NCBI GenBank assembly: GCA_051294375.1 | Contig: CM119268.1 | Span: 4,788,666-4,852,665 of the forward strand | DNA length: 64,000 nucleotides | Direction of reading: 5' to 3' | Origin: Paraspadella gotoi | Taxonomy: Eukaryota > Animalia > Chaetognatha | Shown: positions 1 to 23,161 of the stretch, piece by piece | Position numbering within the stretch: the first letter of the stretch is position 1 | How the letters are laid out: the number at the start of each line of letters is the position of its first letter | The notes under the pieces: generated by a model | The model's input: the letters and a program-made list of their open reading frames with translations, nothing else | Database searches by the model: none | What the model was told of the DNA's origin: nothing | Program-made: the position numbers and the translations under genes

Positions 1-1143
1 GAGGAGGGTCGGAGGATGGACGGAAAAGGGGCGGGTGGTTTCGCCAGATGGAGCGGGAGTTACGGCGGACCAGTTGATGGAGTCTCTGAGGGCGAAGGGC
101 GCGGAGAACAGACGACGCGTCCTGGAGGAGGTGAGAGAAGAATGTGGAGCTTCGAGAGGTGATGGGTGTGCCGCCTCCGCCGGACTTCCTTTCGCAAGAG
201 CTTCCTATGGATGTGGGGGTTGCGCCGCCGATGCCGCAGCCGCCGCCGCATGTGCCGCTGCAACCGCCGACGATGCCGCGGCCGCCGTTGATGCAACAGC
301 AGTCGACAATATCGAAGCAGTCGATGTTGTTGCCGCCTCCGCCCGGATTTGGGGACCGGATGTTGCCGCCGAGTAGTGATCCGAGGGAGCCGCGTCCACA
401 GACTCAAGGCAGTTGGGTGGAAGAGTGCCGAGATTGCGCCCCGCATGCGCAATATCAAGAGATTCATCAAACGACGCGGGATGCTCGACGGGCGCCTCAT
501 TACGAACGTCGCGACGCGATGACGCCAGGTTTCGCTGGGCCGGAGTTGCTTCCGTACACTGGCTCTTCGACGGCGTGGGGACGAGTCGGTTCCGCTCCGC
601 CGCCGCCGCCGCCGCCATCTTACGGGGATGCTGCACCTGGTTGGGCGCCGACGACTTTGGGGTCTGCGCCTTCGAGGGCTCCTCGTCCTGGTGAGTCGTC
701 ATCTGCAACGAGAGGAAAAGGAATAAGAGGCGTTTAGACCGATTCAGATAAAATTATAAAAACTACTTTGTCTATTTCTAAAGATATTATTGAGTATATT
801 ACGAATGAATCTTTTTTGAAGGGCGACATTAAGAAATATTTTGGTGATGAAAGCGAGCAAGTTCGATGCTTAGTTGCTAGTTTGCATTGTCGAAATCATG
901 TGCGTGCGAATGCTGATGCGACTTTTGAATGGATGTCCCAATCTGATGAATTTGATTTGGAGAATTTCTTTACCGAAGTTTTTCGTCTTACTTTCCCTAG
1001 TCCTCAGACAGACCTCGAGCAGAGTTTTCGTCGTCTGAAGCAAGGTAGCGAAACAATTATGGAGTTTGCGAGACGATTTCGTATTTTCTGTTCGAAATTG
1101 AAACGGGATGTTGATTCTCAGTCTCTGAAGTTTATTGAGGGTC
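1..1143 (+). pseudogene. gag: Decayed Ty3/gypsy-type LTR retrotransposon gag fragment (Pro-rich N-terminus plus capsid domain)
   Basis: ORF 768-1166 reads FRRLKQGSETIMEFARRF...KFIEG, the major-homology-like signature of retrotransposon Gag. The Pro-rich ORF 144-737 is in the same frame, separated by a single TAG at 735-737. There is a likely frameshift near 135-145. Coding-like composition ends abruptly near 1143. Confidence 0.75.
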
Positions 1144-2377
1144 ACGCTACTGACAATAAACTCTGATTTTAACCAATTCCATTTTATATTACTAAGCAGA
1201 TAAGATCTTTGTTCCCACTTGCTTCCTTTTTTTTAGAATTTACTACCTTGTTTTCTATTTATCATATATTAATTTAATATGAACAGATACTCTACTCTGA
1301 TTTTAACCAATTTCAATTTTCGTTTTCGTTTTTCTTCATGATGGTAAAGTCCATCTTCTTGAGTGATGTGGTTTTGGTGGTAAGGGTTTGACTTTTATGC
1401 CTTTCATGCCTTATTAATATCATTTGTCTGAGTTATAATTTTTTTAAAGTCTAAACCAATTATAAATTTTTAAAAATGTTAAACTGATAGGTGCAGATTT
1501 TCAAGTGTAAACCAACTATAAATTTTTAAAAATATTACACCAAAATAATTTGACCCGGACAATAATCTTCTTCTATGACCAAAGGTGGCATATTGTTCGG
1601 CAAAATAACACCGCCTATTATTTCAAAAACCTGGTGCCAACAATATACCCCATTAACCTCCCTCCCTCCCAAGTTAATTCATCAGGGATGATTCCGCCAT
1701 TACGGGCACTGTAGAGGTAGTCTTTCCCCTTATCCCATGGTGCGCTATTTTCGATGATGGTCAAAAGTACAACGACATCCATTCACCAAAATTGTATGAC
1801 CCTCATCCTGACATCATTGTCAGTATGGAGCATCTAACACATAGCCTCTGCAAATACTAATTAAATCTATTTTGCGACTTTTATGAACATAAGACACTAT
1901 GAAATTTCATTATTAGGCAAATGTGAATAAATAAATAGGTAGGTAATGAACAAATAAATAAATGAGAAACCTGGAGTTTCCATGTTGATGAAAGATGACA
2001 GTCTCTTTTTATTGTTTTTATTTTTCTCTTCCGCTTCCTCATTTTTACTTTTTGTTATTTCATTTTCAAAACTTAAAAATTTTTCATAACCCATCATCAT
2101 GGAAAACGACTCTGATTACGGGTCTGACGAAGAAAACCAAAACCAAAATAATTTAATCCGGGCAATAATCCTCTATAACCAAAGGTGGCATATTGTTCAG
2201 CAAAATAGCACTGCCTATTTTTTCAAGATCCTGGTTAACCTCCCTCCCCAGTTAATTCATCTTAACCAAAATTTATTGCCCCTTAACGTGGCTGAACAAA
2301 TTCCCATCCCCACTTACATTTACCCCAAATATTCGCACGCCATCCCCATTAACTCTTTTTTGCTCCAATAATGTTTT

Positions 2378-2600
2378 AAACAAGTTTGAGCAAACAATGT
2401 CGGATCTGCCTACAATAATTAAGCGGTTGTAGAAGACGAAAATAATAGGTAATCAGCTAATCAGATGATAAATTACAATTTTTTTAAAAATTTTTTTAAC
2501 TCGCATCATTTTTTCAACTTGCATCATTTTTTCCACTCACATCATTTTTTCAACTCACATCATTTTTTCAATTTGCATCATTTTTACAATTCATGAACAC
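2378..2600 (+). mobile_element. Partial copy of the Helentron/DINE-like element family
   Basis: It starts aaacaagtttgagcaaacaatgtcggatctgcc, as do the copies at 28313 and 31467(-), and includes the tgcatcattttttcaact tandem unit. Confidence 0.6.
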
Positions 2601-3766
2601 GATTTCATCAGGCTCGCAGCCGAACAAATAGAAATATGACACAGACACTGAGATCACTAACAAGCGGCCTTTTCAAAGGCGATTTTGAGGAGGACGTAAC
2701 AGAGTTGTTCAACTCGAAATCGGTTCAAAAACTTATAGAATTGGAAGAATACGAAAGTAACCACACGCTACATGGACTTACATTACAAGTACGTTACTTA
2801 TGGCCAAAACTCACCATCGCATACCTCGCAGCATACACATTGATAGCAACAGTAGTCGTTTCACTAGCACTAAAGAAAGAAATAGTCCCAGTAAAATGTC
2901 TCGCCCTAGTCTTCTCAATCTTCAAAATCCTAGTCGATTACGAGAAGTACCTGAAGGAGTCCAAACTACCAAAAGCACAACCGTGCTACAAAGTCCCCAC
3001 CATCACCAAACCAACCCCCCCCACAAACGCTTGACATCGAAGAAATTGTGGGAAACAACATCGAATCCCTCAACGCTATCCTCAGCCGTTTGGAGGACAT
3101 CGAAGAAGCATTGGGAGCGATGCTTCCAAAAAGGATGAGGGCACCCCTCACCATTGAAGAACCATTCGACGACTCCGGGAGAAGCATCGTGGCCATTCCC
3201 CACTACCGACGCTGAGAACGACATCGACTCCGTAGCGCCATCAATGATGGCAAAGCGCCGTCATCTCACAAGTGGTACACCGATATATATATACGTATAT
3301 ATAACCGCTATATTCTCTTGCAAAAAAAAAAAAACTCCCATTTAGTCTAACGCCTGCCTTCGTTTTAAATTCTTCCTTAACAAAAAAATTACATCTATTC
3401 GCGTTCATTACACTCGATTGTGTTTGATTACACTTTGATTACTTACACCTTTGTGTTTTACCTTAATTATAATAAATATAATGAATATCAAATGATCCCC
3501 TAGTTTTATTTAGGCCAAAGAGATTCGTCAGTTATTATCCGTAGTTAGTGATAGGACGACGTTTATATCTCCAACCAACCTCGACGCTCAACAAGTATTT
3601 CTTCCTAAATCACAATTTCCAAACCACTAGACTTTATGTACTTCAAAATCACCGGTCAAGGCTGATCATTTCGACTGTACAAAATCCCATTCGTGTTAAC
3701 GACTCTCCCAGTACTATTACCCCATTTCCACCCCTCTTTCCACATTACGATCCCCCCATCCCAATA

Positions 3767-7674
<3,908 letters not shown>

Positions 7675-7759
7675 GGCGAGATTTTTTGTTTTTTTAACTA
7701 AAGTTACTTTTATCGATGTCAATTATATTCAATGAAACAAAAACCAATTCCTTTCCGTC

Positions 7760-8400
7760 TTCGGAAATGAAATTACTATGTTTCATTACTAAAAATCGAA
7801 AATTAATTAAACATACTAGCAATAATTACGGCCAGAAAAATGAAAAATGAAATTATATGTTTCATTACTAAAAAAAAAGAAAAAATTAATTAGACATACT
7901 AGCAATAATTCAAGCCCAGAACAATGAAATTTACTATGTTTCATTACTAAAAAAAGAAAAATTCATTAAACATACTAGCAAAATCACGGACACGGCCAGA
8001 GAAATGAAATTACTATGTTTCATTACTAAAAATCGAAAAAATTATAACATACTAGCAATAATTAATGGCCAGAAAAATGAAAAATGAAATTAATATGTTT
8101 CATTACTAAAAAAAGAAGAAAAATTAATTAGACATACTAGCAATAATTCAAGGCCAGAACAATGAAAATTACTATGTTTCATTAACAAAAAAAGAAAATT
8201 CATTAAAACATACTAGCAATAATTCACGGCAGAGAAATGAAATTACTATGTTTCATTACTAAAAATAGAAAAATTAATTAAATATACTTGCAATAATTCA
8301 CGGTCAGAAAAATAAAAAATGAAATTACTATGTTTCATTACTAAAAAAAGAAAATAAATTAAACATCCTAGCAATTATTCACAGCCAGAAATAACATTAT
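7760..8400. repeat. AT-rich tandem repeat, ~62-bp unit (aaatgaaattactatgtttcattactaaaaa...catactagcaataatt...ggccaga)
   Basis: About 10 imperfect units between the two NAT paralogues, directly upstream of the paralogue 1 start. Confidence 0.9.
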
Positions 8401-8534
8401 TACTTGAGGTAGAAATGTTGCATCAAATCGTAACACAGTTTGCGTATCAACGGGTTTTTTTTCTCTTTTAATTCTTCTCTAAAGTGTCTTACTATGTCCA
8501 TGTTTGTTGATTATGTCAACACACTTCTCCTTAA

Positions 8535-15438
<6,904 letters not shown>

Positions 15439-17614
15439 TGTTTTTGTTTCTTTCCCTTTCGTTTCTTTCGTTTTTGTTCTTTTGTTTGTTTGTTTGTTGT
15501 TTTTTTTTTTGTTATTAGCAAAATGATTAATTAGTTTCTATTTGTTTGTGTTTATTTTAAGTAATTGCGAATTTTTTCTCCAACTGTAATATTTTTTTTT
15601 CTTTTTAATTTTAATTAATGAATTTTTTCCTACATGATGATGATTATTGTTTTCCTATTTGTGGTGGATTGGGCAAGGGTTTAACCAGAGTATGTCCAGT
15701 AATCATATCTCACGCAGTTTTAAATTTTGGTAATCTTTATAATTTTGCTAGAACTTCAAAAGAGAACCATTATAAATCAAAATAGACGTCATAGCACCAG
15801 TGCAACCCAGTTTTGTACTTTGAACCCAGTGTCTGGATTTGCTCTTTTTTCTCACAAAATATATTCAAACTTCTTGAACGACGCCAGTAACAAAGACTAC
15901 GTTATTTCTATTAGACAATTTCTCGTCGTTTGCATTCATGACTTTTGTTCCATACAGGGAACTATGTTTGGCTAATGTGCCGAGGATGTCTCGAGTGGAA
16001 ATAAAAACAAAAGACTTAGGAAATAGATTTTAATAAGTTTATTCTCGTACTGATGAAATTGGTACAAGCAATATAAAAATTATCCATTGATTTAATAAAC
16101 AAGCTATCTTGCCCCTGACTTTGGACAGTAGCGCGGAGTATAAATACAAAACATGAAAAATCTCACTTCGAGCCCTCTTGATTTTTTGACTTAGATATAA
16201 ACTTATTAACTAGGGTATAAAAAACTAAAATTCGATAGGCCAGTTTTCCCGTCCAAGCCAGTTTATAGTAGGACCGAAAGTCAAAAAATGCAAAAAAATT
16301 AACAATATATGAAATTAAAAAAAGTCAGTTTCAATTAATAATTTTGTAAATATTATTGCTAAAATTAAAGTAATATTGATAGATTTAATGATTTAAAACA
16401 TAAAATATTTATATCATAAAATTTTAAAATTCTATAAATTATGAATTATTCAATCAAAAAACCGAAAAATTGAGCAAAAAGGGAGAAATTGGCACCCCTA
16501 AATAAATAAATTATGCTTAAAACATGAAGGCAGAAAATGCTATTTTGTATAAAAAAATGGTCATAAGAAACAAGTAATATTGTTTGGGAGACGTGATAAA
16601 AAACCTCTGAAAATGACAAAAATACTTGTTTTACTTCTTCTCTCCGTATTGAGCTAACAAGTGGGAGCAATCTCATTACAACTACCATAATTTATTTTTT
16701 ATCATGAGGAATTACAGTTCTGGTAACAATGTTAGTAAAATTATTTAGATACCACTGCAGGGCAGAACTACCATGGCTCAACACTGAGCTTTTAAAAAAT
16801 GTAGAAACAGGTAATGAATTGTTATTGCTGTAGAATCGTAAAATGGCAAAAAGATGATATAAATGAACTTTGCTTTAAGAATTAGATCAATTTTTGAAAG
16901 ATCTGATATATAATGACTTTATGCAAATTGCGCAAAAAAACTTTTTAAAAACATGTTGCTAATAATGCACTATAAAAACATATCAAAGAATTATCGGGCA
17001 GCTTTCCAGCACCATGACACCAACGAGGAAACAGGCGCCATGAAAAACTTTTTCTTTAAAGCCATAACACCTCGAAAATAATAGTAAGCACCATAAAAAT
17101 TTGTTTTATTAAGCGGGCTGCACAATGGATAAAGTCGTAATTAAAACTTTAGGTAGATTATTATTTTTGATATCAATATCATTAAATTATAAATTATCAT
17201 TGTGACAAACAGAATCTTCGTTCATAACAGCAAGAGAAGAATTGGTTTTTCGGTATAGCGCTATCATACTACATATTTTAATAGTACAATTTAAGATGTA
17301 CTAAGCTGCTGGTTATTTTTTTTTAAAAGTTTTTCTCATTCGATTTCAAGCCAAGAACTAAAATCAAGTTTTTCTTTTTTTAATCAATGTCCATCTTTAG
17401 CTACCACCGGTCGGTGCTTTGTTAATCCATTTAATTTTGTTTTCCCTCTAGCGTCAGGTCTCAGTTTGCAAAATAATATACATTTTTTTTTGTTCAGTAA
17501 TATCAATTTTATAATTTTATAATAAATGATTTTTTAAATTTATTTTAATGGCTATTTTTATGTTTGAGGTAGAAAATGAATTGTTTACGTACGAGTTTTA
17601 TGAAGAAACATAAA

Positions 17615-17662
17615 TTTTGGACATGTTTCAGCTTCAATGTAAGCTTTCATCAGCGCAAAAAC
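17615..17662 (-). ncRNA. Minimal type I hammerhead ribozyme motif (Penelope-like)
   Basis: The minus strand reads ttttgcg-CTGATGA-a-agctt-acattg-aagct-GAAAC-AT-GTC, with conserved core boxes, a paired stem II and a palindromic ACATGT stem III remnant. Confidence 0.7.
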
Positions 17663-17760
17663 AGATTTGTTAAACAAATATTTTACAGACTGTTTCTCTC
17701 ACTCATTCTTTCTTCAAACTATAAAATTTGTAAAAATATTTGTTTCACAAATCAATTCGT

Positions 17761-17806
17761 TTTTGCGCTGATGAAGGTTTACATTGAAGCCGAAACAAGT
17801 CCGAAG
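17761..17806 (+). ncRNA. Minimal type I hammerhead ribozyme motif (Penelope-like)
   Basis: Reads ttttgcg-CTGATGA-a-ggttt-acattg-aagcc-GAAAC-AA-GTC-cgaag. It is the inverted copy of 17615-17662. Confidence 0.7.
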
Positions 17807-19963
17807 TTTGTTTCTTAATAAAACTTAACAAACAAGGAAAAGAAATGAAAGGAAAAACAATAATTTTATATTATATTTTTTAAACGGTTAGAGTTAGGGA
17901 AGGTTAGGAATTGGTAATAATAAATTTTTCCACACTTACCAGTGTCCTTTTTTTAGTTTTGAGTAGCGAGATTTCAATACGTCGCTCATAAAAAGCGAAA
18001 AAAAAATAACCGACCGCAAAATCCCGGTCGGCGAATGTAAAAGTCAATAAGCCGTTTTAGTATTTGTAATACGTTGTTGAAATGTAAAATCTTTTTGCCT
18101 TTGTTATTGACTTTTAAGTACTTATTTTAAAATTAATTTAATCGAATCAACGACTCAATTGTATGTGATGAGGCTTTCTAAAATGGTGAACCCGACTAAA
18201 GATCGCAACCTGGCGGACAACCGCGAGTCTCGCATCTCCACATCTCCCAACCTTTCCGTCAAGTCCGAACGTTTCCGCGGCCGCAGCCCTCTGGAAAGGA
18301 AATACGGTCCACAAATGATATACAAACGTCTCGAAATAGATCGTGTAACCTCGCCCTTCAGACAACCAAACTACTTCCGACTCTTCTAAAAACACCTCGA
18401 GCCTCGATCATCATCAAGATAACCTCAGTCACAAAGAAACATCTCAACGAAATACAGTGAAGCCTCAATCACCGTCATCGTTGTCGTCGGCTGACTTCTC
18501 CTTATGAGCTTACTTGGTTAAGTTTCTTTCATTCAAATTTCAAGCCAAGAACTAAAACTACATTTTTTTATTTTTAATCGACGTCCAAAGTAATGTTATC
18601 ATTACATTTTAACCTCATATCTCCTTCAACTTGAAGTTCAAGTATATCATCCATTTATTATTGTTTTCTGTATTTGTATACAGAACCTTTTTGCCTTTGT
18701 TATTGTCTTTTTAAGTAGTTATTATAGAATTAATTAAATTGAATCAATGAATAAATTCTTTGTGACAAGGGTTTCCAAAAAGTAACAGTAAATGAGAACT
18801 TGGTAAAGGTTTGGACAATAGAATAACTGGATTAACGTGTAATATTGGAGTTTTTTTAACTTTAATTAATTATGAGCTACTTTAAATACGAGTTATCAAC
18901 AAACTATGAAGAAATAAATATCTTGTGTCTATTTGTATGAAAAATATTTGAGGTTTAAGAGTATTCTTCTTACGTCGGAGGAGTAACCTTAAAGCCGCGA
19001 ATCAAAATCCAGGATTCTCAGAATTCGACCAATCAGAAGCCGCGCTCGAGTCGGAGATTTAAGCAGACGAAAAACGCAGAGGACTCGGAATTTCAATGTT
19101 GGTTTATAACCCTCGTGACGTTTTGACGTGAACGGAATCGGTTTGCGATTAAAATTGTTCGGAAATCAATTGATTAGGTTAAAAAATAGTAAAACCGAAA
19201 TATTAAGAGGACTCGAGATGGTTTAATTCAAGTTATGTAATTATAATCCGCGCTATTGGACAGGCTTTGGTGGTTTAAGGCCTCCATCATTCTTACAAGA
19301 TAATGTCATAACAGGTCCCTGCAAGCTTTCAATCAAGACTTTCTCTCAGTCTCGTTTATTCACTCCCAGAGTACCTGGATTCCTTATCAATGAAGTGGTA
19401 TAATGTTTCAAGGAATGTTTCAATTGTATGAAAAGACCACTCCCTTAAGTATAAGATCGGGGAATACTGTTATTATATTATTGTACTGATATTATTACGA
19501 ATATTTTTGCATCAGTAGAATTGATTTTTACTTCATCAAGAATCTTAAAATAATCATTAACATTCAACATTCAACATTCAACATTAACTAACTTTACTAC
19601 TTTAGTTCGCAAAAAAAAATCCTTTAAAACGACAAGTGTAAGTACAATAGCAGTTAGTGACCGAAAGGCAACAGGTCGAGACGACAAAGGTGAAATAAAA
19701 AAAAAAGAAGTAGCTAAAAACAGTAATAATTTTGTTCGATGCGAGATTTATAAAGCCGGAAGGCAACGGTATTGACACAGTAAAACATTAAAAATATCAC
19801 TACGGTATTAAACGTCAACTTTAACATCGCCTTATCTAAAAAAAAAATCCAAAAATAATTTTTTTGTAAAATTGTAAATTTAAAAAAAAAAGCAGAATAT
19901 GTAGCTTTGGATTCCCCAAATACTCGAAATCTTAATGCTGCAAATGCCGCAGATCCCGGTGGC

Positions 19964-20983
19964 TCAACTCATGGTCCAATGCCGGATGGACTTTTCCGGC
20001 TGAAGAGTTGCAGCGTCCTGAAAGGCGTGGGCGGGAACGACGCGGTCGCCGATAGAAATGACGTTGTTGTCGCCGATGATGAAGTTTTGGACGTGACCCT
20101 GAATCACAACGCGGGTTCCATCCTGTGATAGATGGGGATGGAGCAAAGGGGTCGGGGATGAGAGATGGTGTTCGGGGATTGGGGATAGAGGTTTGGGATG
20201 AGGGATAGAGGTTGGAAGTGGAAGATACAGGTCGGGGATGGGGGATAGAGGTCGGGGATGAGGGATAGAGGTCGAGGATGAGGAGAAAGAGGTTGGGGAT
20301 GGGGGAAGAGGGTCGGGGATGGGAGATAGAGTCGGGATGAGGGATAGAGGTTGGGATGGGGGATAGAGGTTGGGGTGGAGAATAGAGGTCGAAGATGAGA
20401 GATATGATTGTCGGGTTATTGAGGGATAGAGGTCGAAGATGGGGGAAATAGGTCGGGGATGGAAGATAGGGAGGTCGGGAATAGGGCATGAGGGATAAAT
20501 AGGGCAGATTTAACTTAGAACACGTGGGTGATGCAAAAGTTAATTGATTGGTTATTGATGAAGCAGAAATTAAGACGAATCCAGATCCACAGTTTCAGAG
20601 TTGCATTTAAATACACCTCAAATAGGTAACAGGAAAAAAACTAAGATTAAAAATTTAAATGATACAAATAAATCAAATGAGTCAACAAATCAATTAATCC
20701 ATTAATCAATCATCGGTAACCGTGTATCAATCAAACCATATTTTTATTAGTTGATCAAAAAGTAAACAACACAATCAATGATAAACCGGTAACAAATGGT
20801 CTATAGTGGTGACGAGGTTTCACAAATGGTAACTGTTCAATGACCAATGGTCAATTGGTCATACCTGTGAGGGAATTGTGAGAAATGGAACAATTCCTTT
20901 GATGATCGTCAGGCAATTCTCTTGAAGATGTTGGTTCGAGTTGTTGACAGGCGGAAGAGCGAGTGGAGTGTTGAAGGACATTT

Positions 20984-21064
<81 letters not shown>

Positions 21065-21216
21065 TATAAAACCAAAGATTGACGTTGAGACAAAAAGTGA
21101 AAACGAATTCCGAGTGGAAAACAGTCAGAGAAACTTTTCCTTCGGTCAGACAGACAGACAGACAGACAGACAAAAAAGACAAAGGGATGCATTATTTGGC
21201 CTCACCATTGACGTTT

Positions 21217-21250
<34 letters not shown>

Positions 21251-22254
21251 TCAACCCGATTCCATCATCGGCGAAAAGAGATTCGTCCATTTCACCGGCT
21301 GAGAGTCGAATTTATCAAGGTTAATGATAACGATAATGATAATGATAATCAGAGTTAATGATAACGTAATTACGATAATCATCGACTATTAACGAGCCAA
21401 AGTAGTTTAAGTTTTTAACCTTGACAGTTTTGGTTCGATTTAATGATTTGTTCGCGCGCTTCTTGTCTGAGATAAACTTTTCCCGTTTCCGGCAACTGAA
21501 ATAAACGTTCAAATTTATTCATATTTGTTACCATAGCGTGACTTGTATATAATTATAGGCTAAATAGCTTATTTGCTGGATGAATTAAAGTCCATCCAAG
21601 TTTATGCTTGTACCAATAACAGATTCTTATATATTGTTTACAGTCCTTTTTTGTTATTGGTTTTGTTAATATTATTTTTGAAAATAATATAAAATAAAAA
21701 ACTGTGACAGTCTTTGTTGTCATGTTATGCAATTTTTATCCATCTGTCCAAAGCCATAGGCAAGATTGCTTATTTATTAAATAAATGTTTAACTTGAATA
21801 TCGCTGGTACCAATTTCATTTGAATTACTGAATAAACATTAACTTAAACTTCTTGCTAAAAAAAATTCAGTAAAAAAAAAATTTTCACCGTTTTTCGTTC
21901 GTCGATACGAAATGGCAGAAAGACGACGTCTTTTTTGCCGGCAACGAAATTTTCTCCGGTGTCGGTTTGAGGTAGTTGTCGGTCTCGGCGTCGGTATGAT
22001 TGTCGGTCGATGGCCTCGTCTTCGCAACCGACTCGGGGGCCGTGGTTTCGGTCATCCTCGACGGTCAAACGGTCGGCGGCATCGTTCGGACTCCCTGCGT
22101 CATCTTCTTTGCACTTTTCCGGCGGATGGTCTAGATTGCGTTGCAGATTGGCGCCATCGTTCGTTCTTCTTCGCAACGACGACGTCAGCGACGAAAATCG
22201 ACGTCGCAATTTGGTCGTCGGCGTCGTTTTTGACTTCGACGTTTGAATTCCCAT
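19964..22254 (-). CDS. Orphan low-complexity protein with MGxxxS N-terminus, poly-Asp tract and C-terminal RHIM-like motif (exons ~22254-21909, 21298-21206, 20983-20865, 20122-19964)
   Basis: Exons 2-4 join in phase through canonical GT/AG junctions. The last exon encodes RVVIQGHVQNFIIGDNNVISIGDRVVPAH. The donor of exon 1 is uncertain. Confidence 0.6.
20130..20500. repeat. Purine-rich intronic minisatellite (ggggatagaggtcggggatga-like)
   Basis: Degenerate tandem units; source of the spurious Pro/Ser-rich ORF 19932-20489. Confidence 0.8.
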
Positions 22255-23161
22255 TGAGAGAGAGAAGAGAGAAGAGAGAAGAGAGAAGAGAGAGAGAGAG
22301 AAAGAGAGCGAGAGAGAGAGAGAGAATTTACAAAAGTAATGTAGGTGAGATTCAATGAGGTTTTTTATTCAATCAGTTATTTTCTTTAATCCTAAAAAAA
22401 AATAAAGAAGCATTCAATGAAATGAATATATCCCAAAATTTATGATAAAAATAAATGTCAAAATTAATTTGCATCGGAATGTAAGGAGTGGAGATAAATA
22501 ATTTCTATAACAGATCAAATAACACGTAGTACATTCTATAAATGAAAGTACTAACCACCAAAGAACAAAAAAAAACAATAGTGAGATTAAATTTATAGCC
22601 AAGGCATACATAACAATTGAGTTAAAACTGTTAAAAGAAAACAATCGATGGTTGAATACATCCCCACTCTTATTCTTAACCTCTAACTTTGCTACGCCTA
22701 CATTGTTTTGCACGCAGAGACTTACGAGCCTCTTCACTAATTCCCCTCGGCCCTTTTTTTCCGAAAGCCACCAATTTTAGGTTATAAAGTTTAGATTAGC
22801 GATTACGATTGGGGTGAAAGATTAGGAGATGAAATTATGGATCAAGATGAGGAATAAAGGGAAGTATGTTAGGTATCAGGGATCATGGTTATTGGTTAGC
22901 GGTTAGGTTAGGGTTAAGGACGAAGGCTTAGATATTACAGTTTGTTTATTGTTTTTTTTCATTTTCGTTCTGTTTTTAGATAATTAACAACAAATAAAAC
23001 GATTTATATTCTTCTTCAACAAGATGATGAAGAGTTCATCGAAGGCAAAACGCTTAAGTATTAAGATTAATATTAAGATTAAGATTAAGATTAAGATAAA
23101 ATTGAGATCTGGGTTGAGGAACTATAAGAGGATTCTCAGAAACTAATGCCCCCCCTACTCT

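Noticed and set aside
7760-8400. Repeat-spacer-like array
   Set aside because: The inter-repeat segments are themselves homologous, so it is a simple tandem repeat.
16690-17300. Possible retroelement coding remnant next to the hammerhead pair
   Set aside because: All frames are broken and no RT or GIY-YIG motif could be read with confidence.
18159-18520. GC-richer ORF-like patch on the plus strand
   Set aside because: Stops interrupt it, no motif is recognisable, and no consistent exon chain was found.
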